Translations under genes and position numbers: made by a program
Origin: Podarcis bocagei
Lineage: Eukaryota
NCBI GenBank assembly: GCA_964188305.1
Contig: OZ076897.1
Strand: one strand, 5' to 3'
Length of the DNA: 64,000 bases
The notes under the pieces: generated by a model
Database searches by the model: none
What the model was told of the DNA's origin: nothing
The model's input: only the letters and a program-made list of their open reading frames with translations
In this document: one piece after another, positions 49,092 through 62,701 of the stretch
Layout: each line of letters starts with the position of its first letter
How positions within the stretch are numbered: position 1 is the stretch's first letter

Positions 49092-49749
49092 TAACTCTTG
49101 CTGCTAGCTAGAGATTTGCCTATTCATGGGACCGGTGTGACTTAATGAAGAATATGTCTCATCTTCTGTGATTAGAAAAAGCCACATCCTGTAGAAAGGG
49201 AAGTGTGTGGATATCAGGACACAAGGGCAGTAAAGGCAAAGGAATATAAAAGAGTGGCTTCTAGACTCTTAAAACCCAGCCGAAACGTTTTAGAAGCGGA
49301 GACGGCAATAGATGCAGACCAGATATTTCCCAGAAACCTTTTCTCTACAACACGAGGACTTACATACTTTCCCCAAATTAACTGGAAGCCTTAAGATGCC
49401 AGTCAGCTGCTGTTTGAGCATAGCTCTGCGGGAAACCACATGCTTTGTATGAAGACGAGATGTTCCTGAGCTCACTCAGTCCCTGACAACTCCAGCTAAG
49501 ATGGGAAAGGCCCCTTGCTGCCTCAGATCCTGGTAGGGATGGATGGAGCACTCTCTTTCTGGGCTGCGTCAATTTCACATGTGTTTGTTCCTAAATTCCA
49601 TTCCCACATTAATCTGCATATTTCTAAAGAAAAGAAAAACCATACAACATTCTTATTTAAATATGTACTTAAATGTGTGTTTTAAAATGCATACCCACAT
49701 ATGTACTTTTTCACAAGATACCTATTTAAATTCACATTTTATCCCAATA

Positions 49750-49987
49750 CAGTGGTACCTCTGGTTACGTACTTAATTCGTTCCAGAGGTCAGTTCTTAA
49801 CCTGAAACTGTTCTTAACCTGTAGCACCACTTTAGCTAATGGGGCCTCTTGCTGCCGCAGCGCCACCACACAATTTCTGTTCTCATCCTGAAGCAAAGTT
49901 CTTAACCTGAGGTACTATTTCTGGGTTAGCGGAGTCTGTAACCTGAAGCGTATGTAACCTGAAGTGTATGTAACCCGATTACCACTG
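49750..49987. mobile_element. Tc1/mariner MITE (same family)
   Basis: Same TIR and body; TA TSD. Confidence 0.9.
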
Positions 49988-52438
49988 TAAATGCAATTCC
50001 AAAACTATTTTACCCCCAAACACACCCCTTTCCATGCATTTTGGCATGCTTATAGAGCCAAGAATTGTATTGCAAAATTCAGAGAAGTGTGAATCCTGGA
50101 AGCTAATTCTCTTCTGATCTGCACATTAGTCTCAGAGGTGCACATTAGGTCAGGTTGCAATAAAATGTGGGCCAAACACAATCATCCTCCATCCCTTGAA
50201 CATAGCTTTTCTAGAAAGCAGCTATATTCACCCTTCTTCTGTGAATGGGTAAGTCCTCATTCCGGACCACAATGTTTGGAGTTACAACCCTTTTGGTTGC
50301 GTTTAGATGCATGAGAGGAAGATACAAATTCTCATCAGGATGTACAGCAATGGAAGAAAGGGAGGAGATTCTAGAAAGGAAAATGGAGGCATTAAGGGGT
50401 TAATAGCTGCCACCCATGCATATTCTCCAATTGGTGTCTGAATAAGTACCAAACAAGGTTCCAGGCTCCTATAGACGGAACATGAGAAATAGCAGGCACT
50501 GAATGTGATGCTTCAGAAAGCAAACATGCACTTGGAAAGCTTAATAACAATAATTTAATAATTTAATAATAATTTTATTGCTGACAGCCTGCCCATCTGC
50601 ATTATTTGATCCCATGCTCTGCAACAGCCAACCTTACTAGTTCATTCCAGAGTTCTTCCTTTCCTCAGATGGACTAGTTCCATGGGCTTTGACATACTGG
50701 CTAGACTCGGAACACATCCATCACCAGCACTACATCTAACAATTCTTTTCAAGGTCAAGACATGGATTAGCTATCTGTTAACACCAGTTTATCCTCCCTG
50801 CTGGTTTAATGGGATGGATTTATTCCAATCCCTTCAAGGAATGCTTATGGGCAGAGTGGGGATTCTAATCTGTGTTAGTAGATTAAGAGAATGATGGAGA
50901 GTGGTATTTATTCTAAATTTAATTAGCATGAAGCACAAGGATGTGGACGCAGCCGAAGGTTAAGAGCCTCTGGTCTCAAAACATATTTGAATGTAAACTT
51001 GGCAAAAGCCCTGCAGATGATTGAGCCTGTAATGTAATTACGGTCTGTTTTTATCAGACTTGGAAATTCTCCTTTTAACTTTGTATGGATGCGGAGATTT
51101 TCCGATACCCAAGCTTTATTTTTGCATATAGATCTTTTTTTAAAACCCACATATTTCAAAACATTTGGCTGCCTGAAATGGAAGACATTCAACTTCCCCC
51201 CTCCCACCCCACCAGCTAATTTGCTTGCTCCCTTCTGCTCTTGGAAAGTTATTGTGCAATTTTTAATATATTATATTTAACATTCAGTTAGACACTTTGG
51301 TTCATCAGTGCCCAGCTTTTTGGAGCTTCTGTGTATTTTATAACAAAACTCTGAAGAATGCTTCCATAGGCATCCTGCCAAAAGATCAACTTGCTACACA
51401 AATGGTGAAATCTTTCCACTGAGCTGTCTCTCTGTTGCTTTGCTGTGATGCAACTGACGGACTTAGAAGACGATGGGAGGAGGGGAGGATATTTATTCCT
51501 TCTCCAGGGCGGGAAAAACAAAGGAACTTCTATCCTGCCATCACCCCAAACACTGTGATGCCATCAAGACAACTGAAAGCCAAAAGAGAATTGCTTAAGT
51601 AAGCAAACCAGCCTCTTCCACGCTCAAAACACAGCAGCAGCGTCTATCTATTTGCTGACCACAAGAACTGTTTTGGCAAGGGCTGCCTCCATCCAACCAA
51701 CAGGCCACTACAGGGCACTCGCCGCAAGGCAGCAAAAACCCTCATTGGAATAATTCTTTGCAGATGCCAGGGACCGGAAGTTTCGAGAAGGGGGGAAATG
51801 AAAGCCATTCACTCTTGCAATGACATGGACCTTTGATACCCACACAGTTATTTGGGCAGAGAGCGGCAAGGTCAGGAAGGCACATCAAGATTGGTGATTA
51901 GAGAAATACTAGATCAGCAAAGTGTGGTGAGCTATTAAAAGAAAATGCAGCTTCTATGATGGTGTGGCAAAGGCTTCCCAGAAGCTATTTGTATTAGATA
52001 TTGAGTTAAGCATAACTTATTTAGCCCTGGCATTCCAGAAAACATTTTGATGTGAGCTACTGCAGGAAAGTAAACACAAAGGGAAAGAGGAAACAAGACT
52101 GATCCCAAACAGATAAATTTTTTGTAATTTAATTTTCCGAAGCCGTGCATTTTTTAAAGAGCATCGAGACGAAGGAATTTTCATAGGATACTTGCAACTT
52201 GGGGGCAAATAAGCCCCTATCTAGTTACTTTGGCTGTTCAAAAAGAAACAAAGGGAAGGCATACATGCAGTGGCATTTAAAAAATAAAAATAAAAATGTC
52301 TGTATATGTATTGTATGTGTGTGTGAACACACAAAATAACAGCTCGACTATTCAATTGGACAATCGTAATGTGGAAGTGAGTAGGTTGCTTTTTAATGGC
52401 TTATCCCTTTTGAAGCATAACTTAACAGACAGAAACAC

Positions 52439-52607
52439 CAGTGGCGTAGCGTGGGTTGTCAGCACCCGGGGCAAGGCAAGTAATTTGCGCCCCCTAACCC
52501 GTGGATTTGCGCCCCCTAACCCGTGGATTTGCGCCCCCTAACCCTAACCCCCAGATGTTGCGCCCAGTGCGGCCGGGCCCCCCTGCACCCCCCACGCTAC
52601 GCCACTG
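52439..52607. mobile_element. hAT-type MITE, short derivative of the 27738 family
   Basis: TIR CAGTGGCGTAGCGTGGG; perfect 8-bp TSD AGAAACAC. Confidence 0.93.
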
Positions 52608-53119
52608 AGAAACACCCACCCACCCTGGAAGAATCTCCTTACCTTCCAATGCCCAAAGACAAAGAGCAAATGATCCCAGCCTACACTTTGAGGTTAGGTT
52701 TAGGAGATGATGACAGCAAGGCCATGTCCAGAGAGAATCAGCCAGCACCTCAAAATGCTGTTAGTTTACAGAGCCTAAATTCAGCTCTCTGCCTCTTTCT
52801 CATTTGTCTTAATCCCGTTTAAAAGCCGTCGCCTGCCCTCTTTGTTTCATTCACAGATACCTACATGATCTCATCCTTAGTTGAAAGTGAAGGTGGGCAT
52901 TGTTGCTTTTGTCCCCTTCAGAAGACATAAGAAAGATGTCTAACCATGATTTCCCATGGAGACAAATCGCCTGTAAGTTTCCTAACAAAAGAGACACTTG
53001 CCAACACTGCCCAGGCTCCTGAGTTTTTTAAACCCTTCATGTCCAGACTGCCTCATTCCTGCAACAATGTGTGTGCATGCGTGAGTGTGCACATGTGTGC
53101 AAATTAACTCAGCAACTCA

Positions 53120-53121
<2 letters not shown>

Positions 53122-53174
<53 letters not shown>

Positions 53175-53378
53175 TTATTTGTACCCCACCCATCTGACTG
53201 GGTTTCCCCAGCCACTCTCAGTGGCTCCCAACAGAATCTTTAAAAAAACATGATAAAACATCAAACATTAAAAACTTCCCTAAACAGGGCTGCCTTCAGA
53301 TGTCTTCTAAAAGTCAGATAGTTGTTTATTTCCTTGACATTTGATAGGAGGGCGTTCCACAGGGCGGGCACCACTTCC
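53122..53378 (-). mobile_element. L2 LINE 3' fragment with (TAT)n tail
   Basis: gagggcgttccacagggcggg ORF2 end, cccagccactct 3' hairpin region, (AAT)n. Confidence 0.75.
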
Positions 53379-53480
53379 AAGTAGCCCTTGTGTATTAGGG
53401 CCACTTGGAAATGCAACCCCACCTCTACAAAAACAAATATACCATGAAATAAGAAAGATTTTGGATCAGGGCGACAACCA

Positions 53481-54285
53481 TGTACAAATTAGGGAGCTGG
53501 CCCTCTAGAGAGTAGGTTGTGGTTCGAGGACCCGCCCCCCGTGTGGTGAAATAAAGACACAAGGACACGTGATATATGGTTAATGGGCAAGAAAAGGCCA
53601 CAACTTTATTGGTTACAGCAATGGGAAAAGGTATTGGCTTAGGCATTGGACGATGGGTTATTCAACCAGTAGGTGGAGCCTGTGGATGCTGATCCGACTC
53701 TAGGCTCACCCCTGTTGTCACCGAGGGTCGTGCCAAGGCCTCCCGCCAAGCAGGCATCGGACGGATACACGACCCCCAGATTCCTTTAACGGAATACCCC
53801 TAAAAAATTGAAGGCATAGGCGATGGCCACACCTAGCACTTCGACACACCACAACACATTATTCCAATGCCTAACCTACCCGCCAATACCGCAAAAAGTT
53901 GTGACGATTGCTACGAGGTAGGCGAAAAAACCAAATAGCCTAGTGCCAAGTGGAAAAACTCCTACCAGGCCCCCCAAGCAACCGGGGCGACCAACCTAAG
54001 GTCCATAGCAAGGCCAAAAAACCTAAGCCCTGACTAAAAGGGAGAGGAGGGTGGGTGACTTCCCGAAGAGGCGACGACGGAGAATGAGGCCGGGGAAAGG
54101 CTGTCGCTGCAGCAAAAGCTGCTGAACACGCCCCCTCAGCGGCACCTGGTTGGGTGGCCCACCGAGGGGGCGTGAGCGCCAGCCAGGTGAGCTGAAGGCA
54201 GGGGGCTACGCCCCCTGCTAGGCGGAGCTCAGGCTCCCGACCACAACCCCTCCCCTCTCTTTCAGGGAGGAGAGTCTTTCTCACA
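53481..54285 (-). mobile_element. Solo LTR related to 41496-42308 (boundaries uncertain; alternative 53518-54245)
   Basis: Shares AATAAAGTTGTGGCC and GCAAT(T)CGTCACAACTT with the other LTR in reverse orientation; TG...CA; imperfect TSD ACCA/AGCA; CpG-rich. Confidence 0.7.
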
Positions 54286-55071
54286 AGCAAAGGAGTTTTT
54301 GTTGGGTGATCTGGTCATATAGTTCACAGTCGCAGCACACAGCAAGAGTTTTATTATGAGTAAGGGGTTAGCTTTAAGGAAATGTCTATGTTTCTGTTGA
54401 ATGGTAAATAAATAAAAGCCTCGTCATTTCACTGCAATCAGCAAGAGCTTCACCAGGAGAAAAGGACTAAGATTGAAGATGCTTGGTGCATTTGATTTTC
54501 CATTCTGAACCAGAGAAGACATTCTGGGCCAAAAATAAGGCTCAATTCATAACGCAGCCAAGCATTAGGAGCTGGGCAAATCCATGTGCCAAACCTGGTA
54601 ATTACAAACCTCGGTAACATGTCTAGGGCCTTCTCTTCCTGCCTACGTATATCCATCCATCATAATCTGCACAGCAAGATATCCAGGCCCTTAACGTACC
54701 AATTTTGCAGCATTTGGACAGGCCAGTAGCCAGCAGGAAGATCATGAGCTGATGCTTTGCAAGATTCACAAAGCATGTGATTTGGAAAAAAAACTGTGTT
54801 AGAGTGCAACATTGACATTCTGTTGCAAACGGTTGTAATAGCAAATTGCTGTTTCGGAGTTCCTGCAATTCCCAGCCCCCATTTGGAAAGAGTAATCTTA
54901 TAGAATGGTGTACCGTTGCTTTCTTCCCCCTCACATACTTTATTATATTTTAATCTTCATATTTTCCCCCAAATGGAAGCTCCTCTCAGTCCATGAATAT
55001 TCAAAAGCTCCTTTAAGATGCCACTATGGTCCATTGTTCTAGACTAAAGGATGCATTGCATGCAACCACAC

Positions 55072-55078
<7 letters not shown>

Positions 55079-55108
<30 letters not shown>
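55079..55108. repeat. (CA)n microsatellite
   Basis: Seen directly. Confidence 0.96.
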
Positions 55109-55110
<2 letters not shown>

Positions 55111-55569
55111 GACCCATAATGGTGTTTTTTTTTAAATAAGGTATCTCCATAAAATAGTTTCAACTTGTAAAACCCACTGAGTTTTAACAAATGATTTTCA
55201 GCCAACCTTCAACTTTCAACAAGAAATTCAAACAATCTTTTGAAGAAATGCTATCATTTATACTGGCAGCACACTGGAGGAAAGGAAAGGTGTATTCTGC
55301 TTTTCCTCATTCTCTGCTTTCTGTATGCTACTGTGTCATGCAAAGAAACTTGAAAACCTCATTATCACCTCATTCACTTGCCAGAGAAAGGAAAGGCCAT
55401 CCTTTGGTGCTTTTTAGGGCTTTATTGGTTGTGTTTATTGTAATTGGTCTTAGTATTTCTGTTGTTTGTAAGGCACTTCAGATCACTTTTGTGAGTAAAG
55501 CAGCTATATTTATCATCATCATCAAACCTGGCACTCCAGCAGATAACATTATCACACCTGCTCTGAATA

Positions 55570-55822
55570 AGAAGAAGAGGAGGAGTTTGGATTTGATATC
55601 CCGCTTTATCACTACCCGAAGGAGTCTCAAATCGGTTAACATTCTCCTTTCCCTTCCTCCCCCACAACAAACACTCTGTGAGGTGAGTGGGGCTGAGAGA
55701 CTTCAGAGAAGTGTGACTAGTCCAAGGTCACCCAGCAGCTGCATGTGGAAGAGCGGGGAAGCGAACCTGGTTCACCAGATTATGAGTCCACCGCTCCTAA
55801 CCACTACACCACATTGGCTCTC
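55570..55822 (-). mobile_element. Squam3-like SINE
   Basis: Highly similar to 38811-39084. Confidence 0.88.
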
Positions 55823-55897
55823 AGAGCTGTACTCCCCAGCATTCTCCCACTGTGATGCTGCCTGCTGTTGCTGATATGCATCCTTTGCTTTCATACC

Positions 55898-56249
55898 CAG
55901 GGGTGGAGGAAGGGGAGGGTGGTGGGGCGGTCCACCCCGGGTGTCACCACTGAGGGGGGTGACAAAATGCCGGGCGGCACTCACTGCGGGGCCTTAAGCG
56001 CGCCCGAGCCACACATCTCTCCTGGGAGTGACACGGTGGCTTGGGCGCCCACAGGCTCTGCGCTGCCCCAAACAGTCTGCCCACCGCTTCCCCCTCAGCT
56101 GTAGGGCGGCTGAGTGGGAGGAGGCAGGCAGACTCCTTGGAGCGTCCTGCCCCCGCTCACCTCGACCCACCCCACGGATGGCTGGCCTCGCCCCTGGGTG
56201 CAGGGCACGCACGCCACCCCAGGCGCCCAATTGGCTTGCTCCACCGCTG
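55898..56249. mobile_element. hAT-type MITE
   Basis: TIR CAG(G/C)GGTGGAG; TSD TTCATACC/TTCATGCC. Confidence 0.85.
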
Positions 56250-59200
56250 TTCATGCCCATTTCTCCTAGGGCTTCTGTTGAAATGATCCTGTAGGGCTGA
56301 CTCAAATCATTACTTCACTGTTGCTACCTAAATGTGCCTAGATATGCAGATTCAAAATAGGAAAATTTCCATTTGCTGCAGCTATTGTAAATAGCATTCC
56401 ATCTGTATTTCTGTTGGACCACAGTAAAATTTTAATCACTGGGAGTGTGAATTAGAGACTCATTTATGCTGTTGGGTTTTTTGTTTTTTGTTTTTAGAAC
56501 CCCAACCTTCTTCCAAGAAAGTAGCTTTTCTTTATTCGGATGTTAAACTATCTCTTATTCCTTACGATATCTCAAAAAAAGCATCTGCATTGATGTTTCT
56601 GAAAATGCAAATATATTGAAATGTATTCAGTTTGATTGATTTAATCAACTGAAAGACAGATGATAAAGCGACTCAGAAACGCTTTCATTGCTCTACAGCC
56701 CGGCTATTTTGGATGGCAACTAAATATGCTGGCCAGGAGCCAAGGGAAATGTATAGAGATGAAATCCCTGTTGCTTTGGAAACGGCTGTCTCTAAGGGGC
56801 ACTGGGATCTGCTGGTGATCTTTAAAATCAGTGCCCTGCAACATTTTCTGCCTTTTACATAGTTTTGCCTGGCTGTGGTAATTGGCAGGATGGCAAGCGA
56901 TGCCCCCCTCAGGGCCCAAGTGCTAGGAATGGCATTGCGTCTATATTCAAGCCATGCTCCTCTCATTTCCGAAGCTGCTGCTCTTCTGGGGTACAGGAAG
57001 AATCTGGCAGGAACCGTTGTGGAGAGCCTAATTGCACAAAGCTTATTCCTCAGAGGTCACTTCTAGGATAAATGTTAGTCTAATTAATATGTTCAAGCTT
57101 TCCTTTGCCACAAAGTTATATACTGAAGTTATATACCTCATGATTGGATCAAACATTGCTCAAGTCTGTGGAAAGACTTCCAGAGAAGTGGGGAGGGTGT
57201 TAGTCGAGTACGGAGACCCTTGTTGCAATGGTTTGCATTATTTCCCCATCTTTCCTAAACTTCTACACATCTCATTTGCCCAGATTCTCATATACTTTTT
57301 CTCCTCCAACATTTTTGTCTCTCTTCCATAACTGTACCTCAGTACAACCCAAACCCCAGGTCTGCTGGGACAAGCACATTTGGAAGAGGTGGAACTTGGG
57401 CAGTTCCTGGCTGATTTCAGACTCTGCCCATGTAATTCCCACATCCAGGCATATACCAGCCTTAAGATCCTCAACCCAGCTCAGCTGGCGCTATGTTGGC
57501 TCAGCTGGCAGAACTCCCCCAAAAGGGGCATTGTGTGGGCACTTGGGGATACAGTACAACTCAATCCATTCCCAAAATGGATGTGGTTCATGTAAGATTT
57601 TGATAATCCATCAGTTAAAGAGGCAAGTAATGGCATTTGGAAATTAGTAACAGGGGGAGAAGATACCAGTGAAATTCTCATTGGGGAGATGGTACAGGGT
57701 TGTTTTTGTATGTGTGCTTACCTTTCTTAGAATGTGGCAGGGTTTTTGAGTGTCCTTTCCTTCATTCTACAAACCATGTATCTGGTGGTCTGCATTCTGC
57801 AGCCTTCCTGGGTGACCATGTTTCTGAACTATCCAATGGATGTCCTCGACTGAGCTTGCATCTAAGTTTTGAGAAGCTGAGAAGGCTGCCTCTTATACCC
57901 TGGACAGCTGTTAATTGTTTGTTTTTAAAATGAAGTCTTAATTTATTTATTTTTAAGAAATCAGAGCAGAAACTTTCTAAATGTAAAAGCAAGGATTTCT
58001 CCTTTTAAAGAAAACCAGTAAGTGTGTCAATCTCAGGCACTCACTAGCTAGCCTCTTTGGCTTTCTTTGATTCAGTTTAAATATGATTCAGTCACAGCCC
58101 AGGGGAAGACATCATGAGATAACTCCTCCGATGGGTGGTGTTTTTTTTCCCAGATCAGGTGCAGGCTGCTGGGGAGGCTGCAGGAAAACATACAGGAAAA
58201 CCCTCAGTTGCCTCACAGCAATAAGGTAAGGTCAACTTCACACCCACCAAAATTATAAAGCAATTCTAAAGTGCCCTGCAAATGAGGCAGGAAAACAGAA
58301 GCCTCTTTCATGGGGTAAGAACAATTTCAACAGATTGAAAGAGAGTTACTAGCACAGCACTAAGCAGCCTTCGGTCTAGCAACCAATGGCAGATAATGCA
58401 GGGAAGTTTACAAAGAGAGCACAATGCCCATATTCATTCTATCTTGTCATCCCTTCCCCCCGAAAATGTTGAGCTTTATGAAAACTTCAAGCATTGGGTT
58501 ATTGCCTTGTTATTTCGCTTGTAGCTTCCAGCATATATTGGTGTGGCTGGAAATTATCTGAGAGTCACAGCCTGGTTACTTGTGTAACTTGCAATTTCAG
58601 GAAGAGCTCAACCCTGAGGATATCTATATATGTACTTTCGGGATGGAGAACCCTGCAGCCACCCAGAAGCTGATGAACTACAACTCCCATCATCCCTGAC
58701 CATTGACCATGCTGGCTGGGGCTGATGGGATTTGGATTCCAACATCATCTAGATGGCCCCAGGTTCCCCATACCTGGTGTACCAAATGAACAGAGGCATT
58801 GTGATGGAGCATAATTGTCCATTGTCGCTTCAAGATGCTTTGCCTTTGAAGATAACATTCTGTTTACAATAAACTCTAAGGACCTCTCTGGTGTCTCCTC
58901 CTTTATCTTATAGTTTCACCCTCTGTCTGAAAACCAAGTTAGTTGTGTCAAGATCAAGGGAGTCCATCAAAATAGAGATAGTCCAGGACAAAATCGGAAT
59001 ATAAATCATTGTCACCATAAAGAATGTAGATACCCTTTTTATGAAGAGGGCTGTCCTGATTTGTTCCCTAGGCTGGGGGAGGCGGCATTTCCCATTCATT
59101 CACCTCTGGAGGAACCCCTCATTCATTAGATCAAGCAGGTTGCCATGTATCAGCTCTCAAACGGGCTAATCGAAGACTGAGATAAGCCAGCTCTTGGCCA

Positions 59201-61169
59201 CTTCTTGCCCTTTGAACACTCCAGGGCCACCTCTTGCCCTCAGACTTTTATCTCGCTATAGTTAAAGAGGGCAAATTAATCCTGGGGAGAAAATGAATGG
59301 ACAGCCACTGGAGCAGACCATCTTATAGGCCTTTTAGGCTTTCATCGATTGCTACCTGAACATTTCCCTTCAGCAACCGGGTCCTCATTTCACAGCTCCG
59401 TCCACTCGGTGCCTGCATTTAACTCTTCGGTGCAAAGCAAGCAAGCAGCAGTAGTTCGGCGACTCATCTAGAAGCCGAGAAAGGCCAAAGGAAAAGGTCA
59501 TCATTTTGTCTCCGCTCCTCCGAGTTTGATGTAGTGCTGTTTTCACTTGCAAAATAGGAAAGTGAAAACTGTAATTTATTACTGTACCAGCAATTCAAGA
59601 TGTTTTGCTTGGATGCTGGGCTCGTAATCGGTCACCAGCATTCCAGCTGCTCTTGCTTTCATTGGCTGCTTTGCAGGGCTCTGAAATTTCATTCTGCAAA
59701 TTTGCATTTTAAAACTATTTAATGACGCTTTTGATTTTGCATGGGGTGGTGGAGAAGCACAGTGGTGCATCATCCCGTTCTCTTGACCCATGCTGCATTT
59801 TTTTCTTTTTGGACCGGGGTGTGTTTTCAAAAGGCCAGGAGGATGTTAAGGAGTCCCAAACCTAAAGGCTCTTTCATGGCCATCAATTTCACTTCTTCTT
59901 TTTCTCCTCTCTCTCTCTTTTGTCTGCTGCAAGCTTTTTGGCACGGTGCGCCTGAGAAGTAGGGTCACTCCAGTAGCACAGCAGTAGCCTCTTGCATTGC
60001 CAAGTGAGATGCCTGCATTTTATAGTGGAACTGGGAGTCCCAGGCTGTGATTGAATTTGATGCTCTTGGAAGAGGCTGCAGGACTCTGCTGCTCTTACAG
60101 CAACACCTGCTGGACACTACGGGATGCTGTGCCTAGCCTTATCCTTTGGGACACCACAGAAGAAAGAAATGAGATAATCCATTCCTTGGCTGTTTTTGTT
60201 TCAAAATGCATCTCATGGTTTCAGAAGCTTCCATTCCGTGAGGAGCATTGGCCCAAGTCTCATAACCCTAACTCATAAATGTATTTTCCTTTATACCCAA
60301 CAGTTCAGGGTGTATATATTTGCATTCAGTTAACCAGGACTGGGGCTGGGAGCCCATGATCATCCTCTTTGTGGTTGCTGCTCTTCTTTTTCTTTTTCTT
60401 TATTTTGTTTAGTTTTTCAGATTTTGAAATTTACGAACAATTATCAAACAACCTACATAGAAAGAGAATTCCAAAGAATCTCCTGGATTTCCCTCCTCTC
60501 CTTTGTAGGTCCTTAGGTTAACTTTTCTGCCTGCATCTTGTCTATTAATCCAAATCTATTAAATCTCCATTGTAATGGTTGCCTCTTTTCTTTCCCTCTC
60601 TCTGCTCACAACAGCTGCTTCTTGGCACAGAACTTCACCTCAGCTACCAAGAGCAGGTCTGCATGGGTTTCATCAAGAGAAAGAAAACCCAGCAAATATA
60701 ATATTAGGTTCAGAGTTCAACTTCCTAAACATCTTGATGTTCGCTTTTTCTTAAAAAGCAAGTTTCTAGGCCTCTCGACAGCAAAGATGTGCTCAAGAGA
60801 TGACGGGCAATGGGTATTTCAGAAAGTTGGATGAATAATTTCTGGCAGTTGGATGCAGAGCTTGCATAGGTTCCCGCCTCCATACCACTGAATTCGGCGT
60901 ATGCAGAACTGTCGTTATTCTATTTGCACAATATACCACTCACAAAAGAAAGATGGTGATGGAGGAGGAGGAGGAGGAGGAAGAAGAAGAAGTTAAAGCT
61001 ACCAGTGGCTAGTAGCCACGACAACTATTTTCTATCTCCACTTCCAGAAGCACATTGCCTCTCAACACCAGTTGCTGTGAATCTCAAGTAAGGACAGCAC
61101 TGTTGCACTCATGTCCTGCTTGTGGGCTTCCTACAGGCATCTGGTTGGCTATTGTGACAACAGGATGTT

Positions 61170-61800
61170 GGGTAGCTCAGTTGGTTACAGCGTGGTGCTG
61201 ATAATGCCAAGGTTGCAAGTTCAATTCCTGTGTGGGACAGCTGCGTATTCCTGCATTGCAGGGCTTTGGACTAGATCAGAGGTTTTCAACCTTTTTGGGT
61301 CCATGCCTCCCTTGACCAACTACATTCTTTCTGCGGCACCCCTGTGGGGCTCAGGGACCAGTTACATCACCCCTTGCCTGCAGAGCTGGCAGCTTCTCAC
61401 CCTTTTTCAAACACCCTTGTGGAGTGTTCCCTCAGCCTCCTCTCCTCTCCCCTATCCTTGGGAGTCTTCTGGGCAGCCACTTCTGCCACCTACCCCAGTC
61501 TCTGAGCTCCCCCCCCCATGCCCCAAAGAGAGGTGCCTCATCACACTGTCCCACAGGGGCCTGGGAAGCAACCCCTGGCCAGTCCCAGAGGAGCCATTTG
61601 CCTGGGGAGCTTGTAGCCAAGGCTGCAGCAACAAACAGCTACTCAAGCCTTTGGGGCAGAGATGCAAAAGGGCTTCAGAGGAGGGAGGGAAGGAAAGAGG
61701 GACAGAGGCCAGTGTTGCCTGTGGCACCCCCTGGCCACCCTTTAAGGCGCACTGGTTGAAAGCCACCAGACTATAGGACACTATGCAGTTCTATGATTCT
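61170..61800 (+). mobile_element. tRNA-Ile-derived SINE with CR1-like tail, interrupted by a hAT MITE
   Basis: tagctcagttggttacagcgtggtgctgataatgccaaggttgc head; ttcctgcattgcaggg...ggactagat and ttctatgattct tail. Confidence 0.7.
61277..61768. mobile_element. hAT/Charlie-like non-autonomous DNA transposon
   Basis: TIRs cagaggttttcaacc / ggttgaaagccacca; degenerate 8-bp TSD GACTAGAT/GACTATAG. Confidence 0.7.
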
Positions 61801-62627
61801 GTGACTAGATGAGCCATTGGCCTGATCCAGCAAAACTTTTTGTATTTTCTGATGGTGATTACTAGCCCAGTATACTGATTATCTGGATGCAGTTTAAGAA
61901 AACAAATCAGAATGCATGCAGCCAAGACTTATGAGCAGGTGTATGGCAATCTTGCTGCGTGTGCACTTAAAAAAAACCCACATGTACAATTTGCGTATGT
62001 CGCCTCCCATATACAGGTTTCATGTGGCAAACCATGTCTATAAGAAAAGGCCTTAAATTTGCAGATTCTTTGGAAATATATATTTTGTAGCTGCTTGGGC
62101 ATGGGTTTGCCAAATCTGCATGATGACTAGTTTTAGGACAGCTATGTAGAGCCCTTAGAGTCAGCTCTCTTATTTATATTTCTCTTTTAACAAAATGTTT
62201 GGCACATGAGGAATGTGCGGGTCCAAGCTTTTTTCTTCTTCCTGCATAAATAGATATTCTCTCTCTACTTAAGAAGGCAGGTGTCAGATTTAATAACTGT
62301 GGCTCAGTTGCTTTGATTTTCAGAAGGATCCTTGGGTAAAGAAGTGATACTAATGGGCAATTCATAAATTTAAAAAATCCATGCATTTTCTATATCAGGA
62401 CTGAATGTGCCTGTGAACAGGACATAAGAATCCTTGCCCGTCTAAGACCCACAGAGGAAAGGCTCTCTTGTGAGTTAGCAGAGAAGTTTGTGCTTTGTGA
62501 TCTGCTCTATCAGGCCCAGACATCTTTGCACATTGGATAAAAAGAGGATCAGCACCATACAATCAGGGATATTGATCCAAGGGACAGTGAGAGCCAGTGT
62601 GGCTGGTACAATTTACAGGCCATATAT

Positions 62628-62631
<4 letters not shown>

Positions 62632-62696
<65 letters not shown>

Positions 62697-62701
62697 CACA
62701 C
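62632..62701. repeat. (CA)n microsatellite
   Basis: Seen directly. Confidence 0.97.

Noticed and set aside
55191-55874. 227-aa plus-strand ORF
   Set aside because: Runs through a LINE tail and an antisense Squam3 SINE; no homology recognised.
61111-61776. 221-aa plus-strand ORF
   Set aside because: Spans three nested repeats; chance open frame.
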